A stretch of DNA of 64,000 nucleotides, from NCBI GenBank assembly GCA_903895695.1, contig CAITUY010000042.1, forward strand, positions 879 to 64,878. Reading direction: 5' to 3'. Of this stretch, positions 58,453 to 64,000 are shown in pieces. Source of the stretch: an uncultured bacterium. Lineage in GTDB: Bacteria > Verrucomicrobiota > Kiritimatiellia > CAIKKV01 > CAITUY01. How positions within the stretch are numbered: the stretch's first letter is position 1; each line of letters begins with the position of its first letter. The notes under the pieces were generated by a model. It saw only the letters and a list, made by a program, of their open reading frames with translations. It ran no database searches and was not told the DNA's origin. The translations under genes were made by a program, and so were the position numbers.

Positions 58453-60036
58453 TCATACGCCGAACGGCGGCGAACGCAACTGCCGCCGCCCGACTCCGGC
58501 CAGCAGCATCGGCAGGAGGAACACCGACGCCCACAGGACGGCTTTGGCGAGGTCGCCCATTGAGACCCCGTGTTCGAAGGCCGGCAGCCAACCGTAGTAG
58601 GGCTGAAGCAGGCGATAGCCGAACAAGGGGTGATAGGCGCGGAACCAGTAACCGGGGTGCCCGCCAACGCAAAGCCCCAAGACAACGGTAACCGCCACCA
58701 GCCATAAAAATGTGGCCAGGTATGGCCGCGTAAACGGGGCGTTGTCTGGCCTGGCCGCCGCCAAAATCGGCAAAGCGCAGAGGAACGCGGGAATCACTTG
58801 AAAACGGCCGGCCGGACATGAGCCGGCGCGGAACTCGGGGTAGAGGGCGACAGAGACTACCGATCCGGCAAACATGAGCGCCCATAGACAGGAAGCCCGG
58901 CGCTGGCCCCTGACCTTCCATCCCCTGACGGCCAGTACGATCGACCACAGTGTAATCGGGCAAAGGAACACCAGTCCGATATCCCTGCCGAAGAGGACCC
59001 TTAGAACCCCCTGCGCCAGGGAGGAAGCTCTTTGCAGCAAAAGTCCTGAAACGGACCCTCCCTGCGTTGCCCCTGCGAAAAGGAAATTCTTCAGGAATGA
59101 CGACCCCATGGGCGGGAAGAATGTGCCCCATACGGAAAGCGCGAAGAGCACAAAACAGCCCCAGACGGCGCTGCTTCCTGCGACCAACAACAGACTCTTG
59201 CGCCACCCGTCGGATCGGCAGGCATCGAGCAGCATGAATAGCTGCAGGGCCAGGACAACGGGCGCGGTTCGCGGCGTCGCCAGCAAGGCCAATATTTGCA
59301 GCACAAGCGCCGCGATCCGGAACCTTGCTCCGCCGGCAAGAGCCAGTGCACCCGCGGCAAGAACAGCCGCGCCACCGAGGATCTCGGGATAGAGTTGGGT
59401 CGTGTAGTAACCAACGGGGATACCCCCGAAGAGCGCCGCCATTCCAAACGCAGGAACCCAGACGCGCTGTGCAGGGAGGTGGAGGAACGGTCGCATCAGT
59501 GCCCAGAAGAGCAAACCGGTGAGAATAGACTGAAGCAAGCCGGTAAGCCAACGGACACACTCCACCCGGTCGACATAGGGCGCCATGAACAGAGGCAGCA
59601 GGGGCGTGAACTGCATCTTCTGGGCAGCCTGCCATTGCGACGATCGATCGAGTGCGGGGACAATCCAGCCCGAGCCGAAATAGTAGGACCAGGTATCCTG
59701 CTCGGGGGAGATCACCGGGTGACTGTAGAAACGTCGATAGGCGCCGCTCTCGATGATAGGACGCACGTTCAGCCCATGGCCACCCGCGATCGCCTGTGCC
59801 ATCAGAATGTAGCTCGGTTCGTCCCCTGTCAGCAGGACCCGGCGCCGGTCGTAATCCGCGTGGCGCGGCACCAAGTGGTTCCGATACTGAGCCTGCATAC
59901 AAAAGACGACCGCCACGCCAACGACCGAGAGAAGCAGGCCGGGCAAACGCCAGCGTGACGGCAGGCCAGACCCCGCCCGAGCGCCCTCGGGCTGGGCTGA
60001 CTGACCTGCAGCGTCCTTCTCGCATTGACTAGTCAT
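58453..60036 (-). CDS. Polytopic membrane protein, GT-C-like
   Basis: GDEPSY acidic motif after the first TM, many TM helices, YPE and P.GRF motifs. Confidence 0.6.
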   Translation of the reverse strand: MTSQCEKDAAGQSAQPEGARAGSGLPSRWRLPGLLLSVVGVAVVFCMQAQYRNHLVPRHADYDRRRVLLTGDEPSYILMAQAIAGGHGLNVRPIIESGAYRRFYSHPVISPEQDTWSYYFGSGWIVPALDRSSQWQAAQKMQFTPLLPLFMAPYVDRVECVRWLTGLLQSILTGLLFWALMRPFLHLPAQRVWVPAFGMAALFGGIPVGYYTTQLYPEILGGAAVLAAGALALAGGARFRIAALVLQILALLATPRTAPVVLALQLFMLLDACRSDGWRKSLLLVAGSSAVWGCFVLFALSVWGTFFPPMGSSFLKNFLFAGATQGGSVSGLLLQRASSLAQGVLRVLFGRDIGLVFLCPITLWSIVLAVRGWKVRGQRRASCLWALMFAGSVVSVALYPEFRAGSCPAGRFQVIPAFLCALPILAAARPDNAPFTRPYLATFLWLVAVTVVLGLCVGGHPGYWFRAYHPLFGYRLLQPYYGWLPAFEHGVSMGDLAKAVLWASVFLLPMLLAGVGRRQLRSPPFGV

Positions 60037-60101
60037 CGAAGTCTTTCACAGAAAAACCGTTTGACGATGTCGTAGGAGTCGCCAAAAAACTTAGGATTCA
60101 T
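60033..60101 (-). pseudogene. 22-codon mini-ORF or gene remnant MNPKFFGDSYDIVKRFFCERLR
   Basis: ATGA overlap with the kinase stop upstream and with the membrane-protein start downstream. Confidence 0.45.
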
Positions 60102-61612
60102 AAGCCTGCCTCCCGACGGGCCGCCAACGAGCCCAGGATGGGCGCCAGTGCGGGGTTGACCTGACGAAAGAGGGCCGCGTTCTCCCGGTAAATCGCGTGG
60201 CGCCGCGCGTCCGGATCGAACACGCGGTCCCGGCGGACATACAAGTCCACCGCTTCCGCAGGCGTATGATAAACCCCCGTTCCAAGGCCCGCCAGCATCG
60301 CCGCGCCGGCGACGCCCCCTTCGGAGCCGCTCAGGCGCACGAACGGAACCCCGAAAATGTCGGCTTTGATCTGGAGCCACGCGTCGGACCGGGCGCCGCC
60401 GCCCGAGGCTACGAACTCGGTCGTATCGATGCCCATGCGGCGCAACGCCTCGATGCTATCCACGAAGTAATAGGTAGCCCCCTCCATGATGGCCTTGAGG
60501 ATTTCGCCGCGCGTGGTACTGCTCTTGAGGCCGAGGATGGCCCCGGCGCTGTCGGGCAGGTACGCCGGCCAGAGCGGTGGATCGAAATGCGGCAGAACCA
60601 GCAACCGTGTGGGCTCAAGCGGCAGTTCGGCGTTGAGCCGCGCATACACGTCGCCGGCACCCGCAGCCTCGGCGGCGGCAAACGTGTCGCGGAACCACCG
60701 GACCAGGCTGCCCGAGTGGTTGAACAGGAAGGAAACATACAGGCCCGGCAGCACGTGGTGCTCGATGTTGAGCTGCTCCCGCAACATGGCGAGCGGGTCC
60801 CGTGGTTTGGCGAAAACAGGCGTAAGGCACTCGTACGTGCCGATGCCGCACACCGCCTTGCCCGCCGCAATACACCCGCAGCCCAAGGCGTTGGGGCACT
60901 GATCGTGCCCGCCGGCCGCGACCTGCACGCCGTTGGGCAAGCCCAGGTCCGCCGCGACCGGGCCGGCAACGGTCCCGACCACGGCCCCCCCGCTCACCAC
61001 CCGCCCGAACCGACTCCGCTCCAGCCCGGCCCACGCCAACAGACGGTCCGACCAGTCGTTGGCGTCGAGATCGAACAGCAAGGTCCGGTTCGCATGGGAA
61101 TTGTTGCAGGTGGGCTCGCAGCCGAGCATGAAGTTGACCAGGTCGCTCCACAGCAGGAACAAGTCGGCCCGGGCGAACAGCTCGGGTTCGTGTTCCCGCA
61201 GCCAGAGCAGCTTCGGCAGCGCGTACTGGGGCCCCAGGATATTAGGGTTGATCCGGTAGAAGGCCTCCTGGCCGAAGTCGCGGCGCAACGCCTCGGCCAC
61301 CTCCGCGCCGCGCGGGTCGCTACTCGGGATGCTCGCGCCCAGGATCTCCCGCCGACGGGATACCGGCACCAGGGCCTCGCCCATCGCGCTCACGCACAAG
61401 GCCGTGACGGGATCGCGCCCGGCGGCCGCCGCGACTTCGCGGATCGTCTCCCGGACCTTGCCCCAGACGTCGTGGGCATCAAACTCCGACCAGGCCGGCG
61501 CCGGATGCCGCATGCGATATTCTCGTGTGGCGAATGCAAGCGACCGGCCTTCCGCGGTGAAGACCGAGGCCTTGCATTGCGACGTACCGATATCGATCCC
61601 GAGCAGGCTCAT
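60098..61612 (-). CDS. FGGY-family carbohydrate kinase
   Basis: LGIDIGTS, GGHDQ...ALG, SGGGARS..W.QIKADI. Confidence 0.93.
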   Translation of the reverse strand: MSLLGIDIGTSQCKASVFTAEGRSLAFATREYRMRHPAPAWSEFDAHDVWGKVRETIREVAAAAGRDPVTALCVSAMGEALVPVSRRREILGASIPSSDPRGAEVAEALRRDFGQEAFYRINPNILGPQYALPKLLWLREHEPELFARADLFLLWSDLVNFMLGCEPTCNNSHANRTLLFDLDANDWSDRLLAWAGLERSRFGRVVSGGAVVGTVAGPVAADLGLPNGVQVAAGGHDQCPNALGCGCIAAGKAVCGIGTYECLTPVFAKPRDPLAMLREQLNIEHHVLPGLYVSFLFNHSGSLVRWFRDTFAAAEAAGAGDVYARLNAELPLEPTRLLVLPHFDPPLWPAYLPDSAGAILGLKSSTTRGEILKAIMEGATYYFVDSIEALRRMGIDTTEFVASGGGARSDAWLQIKADIFGVPFVRLSGSEGGVAGAAMLAGLGTGVYHTPAEAVDLYVRRDRVFDPDARRHAIYRENAALFRQVNPALAPILGSLAARREAGL

Positions 61613-63003
61613 AGGGGCGTGGGCGTATACCCCAGGTAGCGGGTAAAGGCTTCGCGGACGGGAGTCGCCACGTGGTCAAACGTGACGCCGACGTGGTGGC
61701 GATAGCCTTCCTGGCCGATAACCTGGAGCTTGCTTTGCAGCCCGTCGATCTGGGCCACGCCGGCACAGCCGAAGAAATCCTTGGCGATCCGGTCGCCCGT
61801 GAAGCGCCCCTCGCCCAGGTAGAAACCGAGCTTGCCGTCGACCGTCTTCGTGCTGGCAAAGGTCATGGGCGCCTTGGCGATGCGGCCCACGTTGCAGCCG
61901 TACCCGCAGCCGGCGCCAAGCGCCTTGGCGAACATTGGGTGTTCGATCACCCGGCCTTTCGCGGACATCATCGTCTGAGGCACCGGCCCGCAGTGGAACA
62001 GGATGCACTTGTCCGGGTCGTCCCCGTAATTGTTGTTCCAGTCCAGGCAGGTGGCGGCCTTCCCCGAGGCCTGAGCGAGGGCGCTCATGGCCACCGCGTT
62101 GCAGACGTCCAACTCGCAAGCCGCCGGGATGCCGCGGTCGTTCATTTCGCCCAGAAGCACGCAGGGCGCAATGCCCAGTTGCTTTTCGAGCTCGAGCCAG
62201 CAGCGCAAAGCGATCGCATCCAGCCCGTTCTCGCGCACCATGTCATCCAGGGCCACGGCCGTCTTGACCAGGTTGGCGACCTTCACTTCCGGAACGCCTT
62301 TCCAGCCGGTGTAGGCCTTGAGCCGCACGGCCTTGGCGCGGCAGGCGACGGACGACAACTTGATGTCGCCCACGCGCTGAAAGAGCTCCGACAGGTCGAA
62401 TGTCTCGGTTGTAATACCGTAGCGCTGCAGGGTGAGTTCATCGAAACGGATGGTCTTGAAGGCCGTGGTGCGCGCACCGATGGCGCCGACGGTCAGGCGG
62501 CGCATCCGCTTCACAATCCGGCACACGGCGGCAAACCAGTCCAAGTGCTGCCGGAAGTCGGCGCTCGCCGGATGCACGGTGTGGGGAGGGAACGCCGTAA
62601 ACTTCACGCCGTACTGACAGAAGACGTCCATCACGGAGAACTTGCCGCAGAAGGCGTCGCGGCGTTGCTTGAATCCCATCCGGTTCAGTTCGTCGGGGTA
62701 GGCCTGGACGAGGATGGGGACCCCCGCATCCTGCAAGGCCGCCACGGCGCCGGTCTCGTCCCCGAAGTTGGGCAGGCAGAGAATCACGCCGTCATAGCGG
62801 CCCTGGTGTTCCGCGAGGAATTTCGCGTAGCGGCGCCCCTCCTCCTGAGTCTCCACCGCGCCGTAGCGCGTGGCCTCGGCATCGAGCGTGAGGACTCCGT
62901 GCCCCTGCCGCTTGAGAACGGCCGCCATTTCCCGGCGGGCTCCCGCAATTAGTGTCTCCGGAAAGAAGCCGCGGTTCCCAAAATAGAGCGCGAACGTGAG
63001 CAT
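61609..63003 (-). CDS. L-fucose/L-arabinose isomerase-family protein
   Basis: NFGDE, RRDAFCG, RCW, ACELD, LDWNN, FHCG, HHV. Confidence 0.88.
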   Translation of the reverse strand: MLTFALYFGNRGFFPETLIAGARREMAAVLKRQGHGVLTLDAEATRYGAVETQEEGRRYAKFLAEHQGRYDGVILCLPNFGDETGAVAALQDAGVPILVQAYPDELNRMGFKQRRDAFCGKFSVMDVFCQYGVKFTAFPPHTVHPASADFRQHLDWFAAVCRIVKRMRRLTVGAIGARTTAFKTIRFDELTLQRYGITTETFDLSELFQRVGDIKLSSVACRAKAVRLKAYTGWKGVPEVKVANLVKTAVALDDMVRENGLDAIALRCWLELEKQLGIAPCVLLGEMNDRGIPAACELDVCNAVAMSALAQASGKAATCLDWNNNYGDDPDKCILFHCGPVPQTMMSAKGRVIEHPMFAKALGAGCGYGCNVGRIAKAPMTFASTKTVDGKLGFYLGEGRFTGDRIAKDFFGCAGVAQIDGLQSKLQVIGQEGYRHHVGVTFDHVATPVREAFTRYLGYTPTPL

Positions 63004-63023
63004 TCTCAGCCTCCTATGATTCA

Positions 63024-63103
63024 GTGAACACTAAACGGTGAACAGTGAACAGCAACCGCTAACCGATCAGTAAACTGTTTACTGTTTACTGTTCACCGTT
63101 TAC
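63024..63103. repeat. Inverted pair of tandem heptamer arrays (GTGAACA / TGTTYAC)
   Basis: GTGAACA CTAAACG GTGAACA GTGAACA GCAACCG CTAACCG ... TGTTTAC TGTTTAC TGTTCAC CGTTTAC. Supplies the aldolase stop codon. Confidence 0.88.
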
Positions 63104-64000
63104 TAAACTCCCCGCGTTTCCGGCGATCTCCAGTTCGTCGCGGATGATCGCCGTGGTCGTCGCATACACGGCCTCCTGGGCGCGGGCCACGGAATCCTGC
63201 ATGGACTGCTCGTAGGGCTGGCGGATGGCGGTCCCCACGTTGATCTTGGCGATGCCCTCGCGAATGGCGGCCTGTACATCTGATTTGCGGATGCCCGAGC
63301 CGCCGTGCAGGACCAGCGGCACGCCGGTTTGCTCACGGATGCGGCGCAGGTGCTCCAGGTTCAGCCGGGCCTGGACTTTCTGCCGGCCCCGGGCCGCGCC
63401 CGAGATGGCGCCATGGATGTTGCCGATGGCCACAGACAGCCAATCCACGCCCGTCCCGCGCCCGAACCGCGCGGCCTCGTCGGGATCGGTGAAACCGCGT
63501 CCGGACGCGAAAAGCTCCTCGTAAGGCGGCAGCGGCCCGGCCTCGTGGCCGAGGACCGCACCGAGTTCGCCTTCCACGGCTACGCCGGCCGCGTGCGCCA
63601 TATCCACGACGCGCCGCGTGGCGGCGATATTCTCGTCCAGCGGGAGACGCGAACCGTCGAGCATCACGGAGGCGTAGCCCAACGCCAGCGCCTCACGAAA
63701 GACGGGCACGTAGTCCACCCGCAGGTTATCCTCGTCAATCACCGGCACATGGTCGAGGTGCAGCCGGGTGTGGCGTGCATCCCCCACCCGCGCGTACTCC
63801 GTCTGCACCGCCGCCAGGCTGCCGGACTGGAATTTCATCCACTCCAGGCGCGCAACCGCAATCAGCCCGAAACTGCGCGTGTCGCGCAGCGCCCGGACCA
63901 CTGGTTCCATCATCGGCAGATAGGGAATGTTGAACGCGGGAACCACGGTCTTCGCCTGCCAGGCGCGGCGGACAATCGTTTGGGTATCGGGCGACGGTAT
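63086..64000 (-). CDS. Class II fructose/tagatose-bisphosphate-type aldolase (5' end runs off the window)
   Basis: PAFN, LHLDH, VEGELG, AIGNIHG, LVLHGGSG, KINVGT. Frame is open to the window edge. Confidence 0.92.
   Translation of the reverse strand: MPSPDTQTIVRRAWQAKTVVPAFNIPYLPMMEPVVRALRDTRSFGLIAVARLEWMKFQSGSLAAVQTEYARVGDARHTRLHLDHVPVIDEDNLRVDYVPVFREALALGYASVMLDGSRLPLDENIAATRRVVDMAHAAGVAVEGELGAVLGHEAGPLPPYEELFASGRGFTDPDEAARFGRGTGVDWLSVAIGNIHGAISGAARGRQKVQARLNLEHLRRIREQTGVPLVLHGGSGIRKSDVQAAIREGIAKINVGTAIRQPYEQSMQDSVARAQEAVYATTTAIIRDELEIAGNAGSLVNGEQ

Noticed and set aside
63024..63103. Short repeats as a possible CRISPR array
   Set aside because: Units are 7-9 nt with no unique spacers, and no cas genes are present.
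1..64000. tRNA, rRNA, riboswitch, prophage, transposase or defence genes
   Set aside because: None recognised by eye. Intergenic gaps are short and accounted for; a covariance-model scan would be needed to exclude small RNAs.

Overview
GC-rich bacterial DNA; protein style suggests a PVC-group organism such as Kiritimatiellia/Lentisphaerae (inference only). (1) 1-4366: the 3' end of a coiled-coil gene, a membrane protein, a lipoprotein, a Sel1 protein and cinA. (2) 4388-27932: a Wzx/Wzy-type exopolysaccharide locus with a GT2, four GT4 genes (one an internally duplicated double GT4), five hexapeptide acyltransferases, two phosphohexomutases, a flippase, a polymerase, a 44-aa membrane microprotein missing from the ORF track, a Wzc with degenerate kinase motifs, Wza, GH44 and a WecG/TagA-STAS-STAS fusion. 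(3) 27901-38502: a co-oriented signalling operon (hybrid kinase, glgP, Hpt, REC-PP2C-Ser kinase, priming phosphoglycosyltransferase, STAS, a double pseudo-enzyme, REC). It looks like a sigma-factor-free partner switch wired into capsule initiation and glycogen breakdown, and is the best candidate for an undescribed system. (4) A 1628-aa secreted MORN/CARDB protein. (5) 43676-64000: an oxidoreductase fusion, an MFS transporter, an ABC-F ATPase and a sugar-catabolic gene run (UroD-like, large secreted protein, two GH29, GH-like, GT-C-like, FGGY kinase, isomerase, class II aldolase). Non-coding structure includes two MITE-like elements and at least six tandem 7-/9-mer arrays, mostly in inverted pairs, several of which have invaded coding sequence. 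No rRNA, tRNA, CRISPR array or transposase was seen. All calls come from reading motifs by eye; no database search was run.
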